Below, piece after piece: positions 1-11,368 of a DNA stretch of 32,000 nt; position 1 is the stretch's first letter; the number at the start of each line of letters is the position of its first letter. The translations under genes were made by a program, and so were the position numbers. This DNA is from Zygophlyctis sp. KS116 (taxonomy: Eukaryota > Fungi > Chytridiomycota). The notes below the pieces were generated by a model. The model searched no databases and had not been told where the DNA came from. It saw only the letters and a program-made list of their open reading frames with translations. The DNA lies in assembly GCA_054661495.1 (NCBI GenBank), contig BAAFSQ010000025.1, positions 30,001 to 62,000 on the forward strand, read 5' to 3'.

Positions 1-208
1 ATTATCATCATATAATGGATCTATTGCTTCTACTCTTGCAAGAATTAGTATTTTCCCTAAAATAATTACTAGAAAATATAAAACCTTTTACATAATGTGC
101 CTTTATTAGTTCGTATATTGACTCTCTTGTAAAAGGTTCTATATATGATATTGGTATAGCATTGAAAGGATCTTGAAGAGGGTCAAAGTAGAATTCAATT
201 TGATTCAT
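1..208 (-). CDS. 5' part of a conserved fungal protein, possibly DUF5092 family; runs off the window edge
   Basis: ATG at 208; a 28-nt GT-AG intron at 57..84 joins ...EPFTRESIYELIKAHYVK-G-KILILARVEAIDP, resembling the recalled DUF5092 motif DPFT.ESF..LI..H...GK.FI(I/L)ARV.T.DP. Confidence 0.55.
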
Positions 209-325
209 TGACTGACGTAATCAAACACTATCCAATGATCTACATTTAGTAAAAATAAACATACTAATAAAACACAATTTCCATCATCTCCTCCTTGATA
301 ACTGTATGAGTATTCTTGTTAAAAT

Positions 326-775
326 TCAAACCGAATGTTCATTTTCTTCATCATTCTCAACGTTTTCCATTTCTACATCCTGATTATCAGAACATTTTGT
401 TAGATTTTTCTGATTATCTAGAATTAAGATTATAAAAATACCAATAACTATTTTCATGTATTCCAAGTCTTTAGAAATACGCTCTTTCCATTCGGGTAAA
501 TTGACAAATTCCTTTAAATCTGTTGGCAGATACTTCAAGACCCCACTTTCATTAATATTATCTCTAATAAGAGAAGTCAGTCTAGCCTTCTCTTCCTCTA
601 CTTGAACGGTGGCTGTAGAATACTGAAAACGAGCAACGTCCTTTGCATGTTTTGCAATAATCTCTTTAATCTTCTCTTCCAGCGCTTGACCTCTTTCCGA
701 CTTTATCCAATTCTCTAAAACATCTTTTCTTAATTCATCAAAGTAACCCAACTGTTTATAATCCTTAAAAAACAT
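326..775 (-). CDS. BOD1/Shg1-domain protein (COMPASS-associated)
   Basis: N-terminal YKQLGYFDELRKDVL matches the Shg1/BOD1 pattern FK..G.FD.LR. Probable stopless 24-nt intron at 418..441. A further 30-nt intron could move the stop to 284. Confidence 0.65.
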   Translation of the reverse strand: MFFKDYKQLGYFDELRKDVLENWIKSERGQALEEKIKEIIAKHAKDVARFQYSTATVQVEEEKARLTSLIRDNINESGVLKYLPTDLKEFVNLPEWKERISKDLEYMKIVIGIFIILILDNQKNLTKCSDNQDVEMENVENDEENEHSV

Positions 776-1852
776 TCTTTTTATTTCTTTTCAATCGTTT
801 AAGTTGTTTTTTGAACGGGTCTGCTCCCAACGCCGACGATTGAGATTCAGCAAATGATCCAACAGCGTCATTTAAATTTGACGCTCTTCTTTTAGATACA
901 CCAGAAATATTATGTAATCCAGATGATTTTAATTCATGTCGTGTCTGATTTCTCTTTTTTAAAACTCCACTTTTGCCAAATGCTAAATCATCTTGTGATC
1001 CTATAAATCGATTTAAATCTGAAACTCTTTTAAAGTCTTTTTCAAGATTCTAAATTTAATTCTTGTAAAAAATCTTACTTGAAATTCATTATGAAATCTC
1101 ATTAAACCTCCAGATCTTGATAATTTCTTTGATAGTTTCTTATCTTCTCTAGTCATATTTAATCGCATAAAGTTTTCTTCTTCAAATGCTTCTCTTTCAT
1201 TCCATGTTTGATCTTCTTTTGTAGAATTAGAATCTCTATTACCATATCCAGTACCAGCAGCTGAAAATTCTTCTGGACGATCATCAAATTGATCTTTAAG
1301 ATCTGTTAATATCCTTGATTTTAGAGTTTTTTTCTTATCAAATTTAGATCTAGTTTCTAAATATGGCATTGGAGCTACTCTAGGAGGTCTGTAAACATTT
1401 TCAGTCTCTTGTACTGATTGAGACTGTAAAGATGAAGGATTTGGTTTAAATAATAACGGATCTACTTCTGCGTCAACTTCTTCAACTTCTTGAATACTTT
1501 GTAAATCTGCATTAAGAGCTGCAGATTTCATTAATTTATCTATTTGATATTTGATCTTGACTTCCATTGGTTTAATCTTTTCTAAAACTAGACGATGTTC
1601 AATCAAACTGTTAATTAATTCTTCATCAATCTCTGAACCATTAATCTTTAGTAGAATTAGATATGCAAGATGTTGCAAGTATCCTAGTAATGAATGCAAC
1701 TTGACTTGAATCAATGAAACTCCCTGATCAGTTGGTAAATCTTTTAGTTCGCTCAATAGGGGAGTTATGCGATCAGAAAGATCTAGAGTTGTAGAGTCTA
1801 TAATAGATAATATTTCAGAAAGAGAGTCCATATCAATGTCCAGATCTGTCAT
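765..1852 (-). CDS. LCP5: Neuroguidin/Lcp5, SSU processome (Sas10/Utp3/C1D domain)
   Basis: Motifs GVSL..VK..SLL.Y, LEKIKPME.KIKYQIDKL, FKPNP, YRPPRVAP, FEEENFMRL. A 29-nt intron at 1050..1078 opens a last exon ending KRLKRNKKNVF* (stop 765..767). Confidence 0.9.
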
Positions 1853-1973
1853 TTTGTAGTTGCAGAAACTGAAAATTTAAAAAAAGAATTCCTTCTTATA
1901 AGATTTTATTCGCTCTTATAAGCCTTTAAGTTTTCTGTCAAATCAGATCAAGACTCAAACTAATATCTGTAAA

Positions 1974-3519
1974 ATGAGATCTAGACTTGGGACTTTTATT
2001 ACAACTCTGGATAATGGCATTAGAGTAGCTAGTACTTGCGATCCTTGTCATTTTATGAGTGTCGGAGTTTATGTTGCTGCTGGAAGCAGATTTGAAAATA
2101 ATCAAACTACAGGATGCACTCATTTGATGGATCGCCTTGCATTCAAAGTAATTTTAAACTATTAATGCTAGAGTACTAAAAGTATTTCTGCAGAAAAATT
2201 AGTAGAAACAATGGAACATTTGGGAGGAAATGTTATGTCTCAGGGATCAAAGGAATATTTTATGTATCAGGCTGTAATTTCTTATTTCTTAATAATAGTC
2301 TATTTTTCCAAAAGATTTATCAAGAACAATTTCTACTTTTTCTTCAATGATCAATGAACCTCTTTTTGATTCAAAAGAAATTAAAACTACGCAGGAATCA
2401 ATGCTTTGGGAGATTGAAAATAGGAAATTTAATACTGATGAAACACTTCCAGAGATTTTAAATTCAATAGCTTATGGAAAAGTGGGAAATGATGATGTGA
2501 ATACATTGGGAAGGCCATTGTATCCTTCAAAAGTTTCATTACTTGATCTAAATGGAGATATTTTAAGACAATTTCATTCTAATTGGTTTACTCCAAATAG
2601 AATGGTTGTTGCGGGTGTAGGAGTTGATCATAATGAATTCGTGGATCTAGTTTATAATTCATTTAAGTCTTGTAATTCTCCCTCAAAGGAAATTCTTGAT
2701 TTGCAAAAAGATGTTCCTTTAAAATACACTGGTGGAACTCTAATTACAGATACATCTAGTCATCCTCCACATCCTAATCCAGAAAATATGCTATTGACAC
2801 ATTTACATATAGGTTTTGAAGCATTATCTGCGACTGATCCTGATATTTATGCTCTAGCGACTTATGTATCACTAATGGGCGGAGGAGGTTCTTTTTCAGC
2901 CGGTGGTCCAGGAAAGGGGATGTATACAAGAGTTTACAGGACTGTATTGAATAAATATGGATGGGTAGAATCATGTAATGCAGTTCATCATCCGTATTCT
3001 GACTCATCACTGTTTGTTATAAAGATTGCTGTTCCTCCTTCTCCTGGTTCTCATCAACATGTAGTTGATGTAGTTTGTGATCAGCTAGTTGGAATGGTAG
3101 AACGCATTGATCCTGAAGAATTATCAAGAGCAAAGAATCAATTAAAATCATCCTTATTGATGTCTCTAGAATCTAGATTAACTGAAGCTGAAGATATCGG
3201 AAGACAGATTTTAACATTTAACAAGAGATTAGATGTAGTTGAAACTTGCAAAAGAATCGACAGTTTAACGACTGAAGATTTGAAGCGAGTTGCCCGTCGT
3301 GTTATTCTAGGATCAAATGAAGAATCACCTCTTAATTTCAATGATCCTAGCAGTTCTCCATGGAAAAGAACAGGAAATGGAGAGGCGTCAGTTCTAGTTT
3401 GGGGAAATTTAGGACGGGGGGATTATCTTTATAAAATCAATGATCGAATGACTCAATGGGGAATCAAGACTCTCCCACCTCAATCTTGGATAGATAAACT
3501 TAAAAGATTAGTATTTTAA
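1974..3519 (+). CDS. MAS2: Mitochondrial-processing peptidase alpha subunit
   Basis: TTLDNGIRVAS, non-catalytic HLMDRLAFKST, glycine loop GGGGSFSAGGPGKGMY. Introns 2148..2171 (24 nt) and 2274..2298 (25 nt). Confidence 0.96.
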
Positions 3520-3647
3520 TATATTGCTCTCTTTCGACCCACTAAAAAATCATTCTTTTTGTGGGAGATACAGAGAGACATTTATATATGAACTTCTAGC
3601 ATAGAATTAATCATTGACAGATGTGATCATTGCCAAAAGAAATTCAG
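3518..3647 (-). ncRNA. Box H/ACA snoRNA with two 18S rRNA pseudouridylation pockets
   Basis: Minus strand: hairpin 1 (UGAAUUUCU/AGAAGUUCA, pocket UUGGC(A)...AUGCU), H box AUAUAA (3587-3582), hairpin 2 (CUCUCU/AGAGAG, CCCAC/GUGGG, pocket GUAUCU...UCG), terminal AUA-variant box. The pockets match conserved 18S AGCAUUUGCCAA and (C/U)GAUCAGAUAC. Confidence 0.8.
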
Positions 3648-4522
3648 TTAATCGAGGGTCGTGTTCGAGGTGAAAAAAAAATAATCCAAATCTAAACCTA
3701 CGACTCAAGATTTACGGATTGTATTAAAGGCCAACTTATCTAGCTCCATTCCGAAAAATCCAATCTTTGACTCGGAATGATTGCATTGTCCCATTGATTT
3801 GGTATTTTCTGCGGTCGGAAATCTATTTAGAATTTCTGATTTCACGACATCATCCAACTCCATCCTATAATTTCACTAAAATCTATCATACCAACTCTGA
3901 TCACTTTTAATAAAATCCAAATAGTTTTTTTGTGATTGATTTTCACCATTACACGTTTTTAAATGATCAAAATAATCAATATGAGTAAAGTAAGATTTAA
4001 TAGCAGTCATCCATTCACTTAATACAATACTCTTATTTTGGCAGAAATCTGCGATATCGAAAGTAGCTTGAAAAACAGATTTTGGAAAATCCGGACAAAT
4101 CTATTGTGAATACTACTGTTATTACTAATAGCATCCAGTTATGCAATTCATCTAGGCTAAAACATTCTTCAATAGACTTTTTCTCAGATTTAATGATCTT
4201 ACATTTGTAAACAGATTCTCATAATGTGAAATCAATGCTGTCCGATTACGCTTGTTTTTACAAATATAATCATATTCTCGAAGTAATACATGAGTATTTA
4301 AAGAAACGGCATCAAAACTAGATTTAGCAGTTTATGTCGTACTATTCGCTTAGAAACAGTAAAGGTTTATCATCCTTTTTGTTAAGTAATTAAATTAATA
4401 CGTATTGGGCAGACATTAATCTTGATAATGAATCATTTAGATAAAATTCAATATTATGTTTTCCTGGTTTTAATGCGATGGAAAATACTTAGATACAATT
4501 CATCCGCATCGCCGTCCATCAT
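3648..4522 (-). CDS. CSTPP1: CSTPP1/C11orf49 (UPF0705) homologue, centriolar-satellite tubulin polyglutamylase regulator; 8 exons; absent from the ORF track
   Basis: Introns 4464..4488, 4375..4401, 4318..4342, 4177..4202, 4101..4125, 3865..3891 and 3692..3715 (24-27 nt) give MMDGDADELYLRKHNIEFYLNDSLSRL...FLSEYFDAVSLNTHVLLREYDYI...NR...MLLICPDFP. This matches recalled human YL.QRH..TY.EDA...FFTEYFNSV..GTHILFREF...NR...LLCPDFP. Confidence 0.88.
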
Positions 4523-4693
4523 ACGTAAGTAGAGCGCGTTAAAAGTTGGACGGTACTTGGGTACTTGATCGTATTACCGTTTGAGAATCGGTAGATGAGA
4601 AGGATAATTTAAAATCTGAGATCTAGTAATAGTCGCATGCAATACTATCAAACCATGAGTATACTTGGATCGCAATGTTAGGCATGGGTTTTT

Positions 4694-5947
4694 ATGGCGT
4701 CTAAATTTGGTCAAATCCCTGCTATTGAAAATTCAAATGAGCGATCTGCTGCTATATCTAGCATGGTTGCTCAAACGATTGGAAATGAAGAATACAAGGA
4801 AGTGATTGCTTGGGCTGTGCAGGAAGCACATGGATTGACATTTTCAAGATTGGTTGTGAATGAATTTCTTGATCAGGTTAATAAGCTTACAGAGGATGTT
4901 AAATATGATATGCTGCTTTTTTCTCTTAATATATGTAGTCAGAGAACTACAGCATTTGAAGAACAGGTAGCTGGTTTATACTTATCTTAGATTTCTGTCA
5001 TTAGGGAGCAATTGGCTGATATCGCACAGAATAGAGGGGAATATACTCTCTCTGCAAATTATCTCATAGGAATTCCTCTTGACTCTGGTCATCGTAGTAT
5101 ATCAAACAATACTAAATTATCCTATTATGTTCGAATATCTAGGTTATTCTTGGAAGATGAGGATTTTGTTGGTGCTGAATCCTATATTAATAGAGCGGGA
5201 TTCTTGTTGGATAATTCTGTTGAAAAAGTATTACAATTACAGTTTAAGGCTGCACAAGCTCGAATTTTAGATATGAAGAGACAGTTCTTGCCAGCAGCTA
5301 CTAAATACTATGAGTTATCTTTGGATCAAGAAATGCATGAATCTGAAAGAAATTCTGCTTTGAAATCTGCAATCACTTGCTGTATATTGGCTGGTGCAGG
5401 GTATTTAAGAATTTGATAATATTATAGGCCTCTTCGCTCTAGAATGTTAAATACTCTTTATAAAGACGAACGGCTACATAGCAAAAATATAGATACTTCA
5501 TACAATGAGTTTAGAGAAAAAGGCCTGTATTTTATTCTCGAGCAAATGTATTATGGAGGAATCTTAAAAAAAGATCAAGTTGCAGAGTTTCAAGAGAGTC
5601 TATTATCACATCAATTGGCCAAGTTGGCTGATGGATCTACGGTCTTTGATAGGGCTATCATGGAACATAATTTACTTTCAGTATCCAAGCTATTTTCAAA
5701 TATTACATTTCAGTTATTGGGTTATTTACTTTCCGTTTCTCCATCACAAGCTGAACAGATTGCAGCAAGTATGATTGAAGAAGGGAGAATGTCTGGAACA
5801 TTAGATCAAGTTGAATCTTTAATACATTTTAGCCAGGAAAATCCCATGGAGGAATGGAACAAGTCAATCACGCAAATGTACAGTCAGTTAGATGAAATAG
5901 TATCTAAAGTAGCCAAAAAACACCCAGAATGGATAGGAAGTTTATGA
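4694..5947 (+). CDS. CSN4: COP9 signalosome subunit 4 (PCI domain)
   Basis: FEEQ-ISVIREQLA, GIPLDSGHR, AESYINRA, LAGAGP.RSRML.TLYKDER, DRAIMEHNLLS. Introns 4967..4990 and 5401..5427. Confidence 0.96.
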
Positions 5948-6021
5948 CTGTAGAAAATTCAATAGAGTTGATAAGGATATACAATATTCCGTGTATTAAA
6001 CATTCAGTTATAGACAGATTC

Positions 6022-8076
6022 CTAAACTTCAAATATATGATCAAAGTTTAGGATTATAGACTCTATAACGCGAATCATATAGTTCAGGTCGTTTGGATAG
6101 GATCCACCGCCATTCTCTGGAGAACTGAACAGAGAATTTGCCCATACAATCGATAAATTGAGAGCCGTCATTCGTGTATCCATTTGATGCGTCTGAATAC
6201 TATAATAAGCATGAGAAAATTACAGATTCAAGTGCTTCATTAGATCGCGCAATGTTGCATAATGCGCATCATGAAGACGATTAACCAATTCGTGAATCGC
6301 AATCAATCGTCTTTTAGGATCCTCCATACCTAGAAATTCAGCAAATCAATAGAGCTTACGTCCAGCATCCATAAATGAATGGTACATTGCCTTTGGAAAT
6401 AACGAATCAGGTAATTCTGCAAAAAATGTTTTCAAAACTAGTGTCACGTCATATATATTCCAGCTTCCTTGATCTAATACGACCGAATCTATATCTAAGA
6501 CCTTATTAAAATGCGAAAATACCCTTGTTAAAAGCATCTCGGATTCTTTGAGAGTTTTTCCATGATCCAGGCTCGCGATAAAGACCATGTGTTTTTAATC
6601 CTTTGTCTTCAATATGTTCAATACACTTTTTAACAACTTTCGGGACAGGTTCTTCTTCTCTTTCCATCAATTGAACGAGGTTCACTGCAAAATTACATTG
6701 AACAGTCCCATCAGGAAGAGGGAGCTGCATTGGAGATTCTGAAAGATTTAGAGAAAGATTGGCCATATAAGCCACCATAAATTCTTGAAAATCAGCAGAA
6801 TTATCAATAGAGTCAATAGCTTGATTGATACCACAATTCTCTTAAAATTAAGCGCTAAAATATATATACCCGTATTTTCAGGATCCACATCCACTGGACT
6901 GACTGCTGTAGCTTCCATCATTAACATTTCTTCAACAGTTCTAGAGTATGTGAACAAATGTCCTTTTAAAGACTCATCACATTGATCATTAGCTTCTTTT
7001 AGCAACTAAAATTTAATTTTCAAGCCTTTGATTACCCGAACGAATCTTGGAAGATTTCGATGATAATAATTGTTTCTCATCTCCTGCGTAGCCCTCAATT
7101 GATTTTGATAAGCCTGGACAGAGACTGAAACTTTTCCTCTTGCTTCTTCCTCATATTTTTGCATCTAACTATTAGAATACTTGAAAAAATTATACCTTTG
7201 AGGCCGACGCATGACTACTCTTCAAAAGAGATAATGGCATAGAAAGAGATCGAGTTATATTATTCATTGGTTTAGGAGGATACAAAGTCTTATTTTGACC
7301 ATCTCTAGCAATAATTGTTCGTTCCCATTCTTCTGAATACATTTCATATTTGTTTTTAGACTATGATTAAACAAAATATTCATACTTTAGTCAATGCATG
7401 CTCCGTTTCCTGTAAGAGTTTTGCATGTTGGTATCCCGCAGATTTTAACTAGATTGATTAGTCCTAAAGATCAACTTACTTGTTTACGTGATCGTTCCGT
7501 ATCCTTAAATAATCCACTTAATCCATCTCCCAACTCAGAAACTTTAAGCGCCAACTTCATATGAACAGAGGCAATCTTCTCATGCAGAGATAAAAACTGT
7601 TGCCAGTTATTGCCAAAAGTACTACTGATTAAACGCGACATCTACCCCTTCTTGCCTCCTTCTTTTGCCGAACTTTGTACCAACTTTATCATAGATTTAG
7701 AGTATTCTTCTTCAATCGCAGCTCTTTTCTTTAAGAAGGATGCAGCCTCCTTTAAATTTATTAAATCTAAAAATTACCTTGCTTGAATTAATATTCTCTT
7801 TGAGTCGTTCCAAGAGCAAATGAAATCCATCCTATTGATTAGAGCGCGCCGACTAAATTACTTGAAATTGACAGAGTGCAGATAGAGTAGAATCGGTGAC
7901 TCCAGGCTCATCGTCTTTGGCGAAATCACCCTCTTCGGACGGTGGAGTTCCTGGCCGAGAAGCTTTGCATTAATCAGCCTAAACATACTAAACTTGTTTA
8001 AATATTCATTGGAATCAGACAGCTCAGTTTTGGCCTTTGAAAAGAATGAGGCCTTGTCTTCTTTACTGGTGAGCAT
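6022..8076 (-). CDS. RGD1: F-BAR + RhoGAP protein (Rgd1-like), about 13 exons
   Basis: F-BAR segment FLKKRAAIEEEYSKSM; RhoGAP segments VPKVVKKCIEHIE..GL...GLYREPG, LKTFFAELPDSL, RMTALNLSIVW. About 12 introns of 24-31 nt (e.g. 7832..7861). Confidence 0.88.
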
Positions 8077-8099
8077 TTATTTTATACCCGTTAATTCTC

Positions 8100-9265
8100 C
8101 TATACTTTCTTTAGAAAAGCCGACTTATTTGTAATCATCCAAGAGTCCAACTTTTGCCAAAAATTAAAATATACTGTAGCATCAAGATATCTCTTTGTTC
8201 TATTTATCTAAATATATTATTCTAAAAAGATTTACATTTAATTGATCTACTTTCCAACTTTGAATTGTTGATTTTGCAGGTTCATCTGTAAACTTTAATG
8301 AAAATCCACAAACTAAGCAATAATTAAAATGACTATTACCACTATTAAAAATTTCAACAGGTTGCTTCCATTTCCATCCTTTAAATTGCCATTCTTGTCC
8401 TAGAGCAAACACGGCAACAATTCTATCCCTAAAAATTAATTAAATCTCTTCATATTTACCAGTCCGCAGGTTTCAATTTATCAACAGAATCAATCACTTG
8501 ATATTTTACTGGTAAATTTGGACTTATTTTTGACCCATCCCTTTCAATATATACTGAAACTGGTTTATCTATCCCTTGACTCCTATAACTCTCTCCTGGT
8601 ATATATTTTTGAAATTGCAACAAATCTTTTACATTATACATGGTGATCAAAGATTGTACTGCTGATGGTATAACAATCAATGGAACAAATTCCATCTTTT
8701 GTGAAACTTTTTGCGCAGGATTATTTAAACTACTCTTTTCCTTCTTTTTTAACGCCATTAAACTTGACACTGTCTCCCTTATTCCACTAAATCCTCTTCC
8801 AGATTTAGAGAGTAATATACTAGTTGAATTTCTTAGAGTTCGTTCTCTAGATCTAACAAACAATGTAAATTTCTTATTCTTGACGTTTGTTAAATACTTA
8901 TTTTTCCTTGATTCTTCCTTGACTAGAGTAGATCCCGCAAGAGCAGAAGTTGCGCCAGATAAATAATCCAAAATTCCCTTTCTATCGAGCATTGATATTG
9001 GATCTAATGCAACGGCAGTCGTTGGAGCCACTTCCAAGACTGACGAAAGATATGTTTGATGATCCAGAGACTTTGACAGATAGAAATAAACAATCGTATT
9101 AATGCTGTAATTCTTATATCCAGACGGCTCTGCAAGACTAAACTTGACGTCTTGTATTTCAACTTGGGTTGCATTCTCAACTTTAACATCTTGGCCATCG
9201 TCATCAAAAAAAGTTAAATCTTGTCCATTAAGACTGGCTGATCGAAGACTCTCAAGAATTGACAT
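8100..9265 (-). CDS. CDC73: Paf1 complex subunit Cdc73/parafibromin
   Basis: PLIVIPSAVQSLITMYNVKDLL and [22 protein letters not shown]. Three introns, including a stopless 27-nt one at 8313..8339. Stop at 8100..8102. Confidence 0.93.
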
Positions 9266-9299
9266 TTAAAGGGTTTTTTAAAACAATTTCCTAGACTTT

Positions 9300-11327
9300 T
9301 CAGATCTGATATGCTTGCATCAACTCTGTTAATTCTCCACATGCTTTAGAGTAATCAATCAGAGTTGCAGTATTAATGCTACATCGAACCTTGGTTTCTT
9401 CATTGTAATTTTCACTCTTGATACGAACTCTGAAATCATACATGGTAAAGTTTCTGGTGGCTATATAAGCTGTAAAGGCTGTTGAATCAGAATTCTTTAA
9501 TTCTAGTAATTCATTTGCAGGCATTCCCAATATTTGCATTCCAACTTCATTAAAAGCTTGAAGCCAAGTTTGTCCAGAATGATCAGAGACTGTTAGAGAT
9601 AGAATATAACGATGATCTGGTTCCGGATAAGAACGGTCACATTTTTCACATCGCCAGCCAGTACCAGATTCAAATACCTTTTTATTACATCCTTCTGTTG
9701 GGCAGGCAGGGTATGACATGTTTTCTTGTCTAATAAACGTAATTGTACAACGAAGAGTTAAATAGTCTGGCTAAAATAAGTTCATTATATATTTACCTTT
9801 TCTCCCTGTCCAAGGTGATCATCCTTGATGGCAGATATAGGTCTAAATAAGTCTTTAGTTCCTGGAATTCCAGGTATTCCTGGACCTCCAGAATTAAAAC
9901 CAGCAAAGCTCATATTGTTTCCAGTTAAATCATACCATCCTCTTAATTGATGTGCTTCAGGCAAATCTGGATTAAGAGTCATGGAAGAGGAATTCATCAT
10001 GGATAAGGAACGGCCTTATAATAAAAATAACAGATTTACCCCCATAATCGCCAACCTTTACTCCTTTAAACGCTACAACGGGCGCATCATAGTGCTCAAA
10101 TGATTCTGCAGTACGACCCCAAAGAGTTAATTTGACTTGATAGCCAGTAGAGTCAACGAGAGTTAATTCTCTCTTTTTCAACTATAAATTAAAAAATTCT
10201 AAACTCACAGGTTTTTGCGTATTTTTAGAGATTAAATCAGATAAAGATCCAGTTTCTCTAACAATTGCAATTATATCTAAAAATAAATCAAATTGTTTTA
10301 CCAACATTAGTATCTTTATCTACAGACATCAAGTTTGCAATCAGAACTGGTTCATATTTAATTCCAGGAACACTAGTATCTGCACACTATTTTTAATTAA
10401 ATTCCAATTACAGCAATAATACTTGTATCTGGATCAAATGTTATTTCATAATCATTCTTGACATTAGAATACTGCTTATTAGCAGCTTTAATTTGCGCTT
10501 TTGAAATTAGATATACCTAATTTCTTAATTTTAACTCAAAAATACAGAATTTTCAACCAACTTTTCATAGTGTGCATCTACAGCTTCATTAAAACCAGTA
10601 GCTCTTATTTCTCCCTAATATTAATCTTAATTAAAAAAGTACACTAGCATCAGCAAAAGTCACACTAAACAATTTCCCATCACCTCTAGTATTACTCCAC
10701 TTTCTAATTTCAGACTTGTTTATAACTCTAGCACAAATCGTCCATTTATTTTGATAAGGACTTAGACCGCATATCGGTATAGTATTTGCATTTCCTGTAC
10801 TTTCATTCTTGGTTACATTCGCAAACTCCTTTTTAGGGGCATTAAATCCAGGATTACTATTCAAATTATTAGTTTTTGGAAAAGCTGTTGGTTTGACATC
10901 TTCCATTGCATTTTTTGAAGCTTCGGCAATATCAACCGGTTCCCCAAGTCTTCCAATTTCCTGTCCTAAAATCTCCAAATCAACAATAATCATGATTCTA
11001 ATAATAAATAGAGCTGTACTACCTTATCTGATTACCGTTTGAATTTACAACATTCACCATATACCGCTTCAACTTGAGAACAGAGTACCGAGTGAGCGCA
11101 TTACTAGTAACAAATGTATTTAGTTGAGACGATAACATGGCAGACATATAATGTGAGCCATCAGACACAACAAGTTTAAAACGATCAGCACCGCCGTTTG
11201 TACTTGACTGCAAGTGTTTTAAGTGAATTACTTGTAGTATAATTTCAGGCAATACAGTAGACTCTGGAGGACTTCCTGCCTTTGCATAAGCATTCTTTAT
11301 TCCATCTGTAGTTAATGTCGCAGTCAT
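9300..11327 (-). CDS. RFA1: Replication protein A large subunit
   Basis: OB folds [34 protein letters not shown]; zinc ribbon [13 protein letters not shown]...CEKC. Eight introns of 25-29 nt. Confidence 0.97.
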
Positions 11328-11368
11328 TAAAATTTGGGCTGAAATTTCTTTATTAATTAAAAGGCAAT

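Noticed and set aside
3527-3583. Plus-strand reading of the hairpin followed by ACA-UUU as the snoRNA
   Set aside because: On the plus strand the pockets are identical to, not complementary to, 18S. Only the minus strand gives guides and a correctly placed H box.
4523-4693. Hairpins and an ANANNA word in the CSTPP1/CSN4 divergent gap
   Set aside because: No recognisable guide pocket or terminal box; more simply a promoter.
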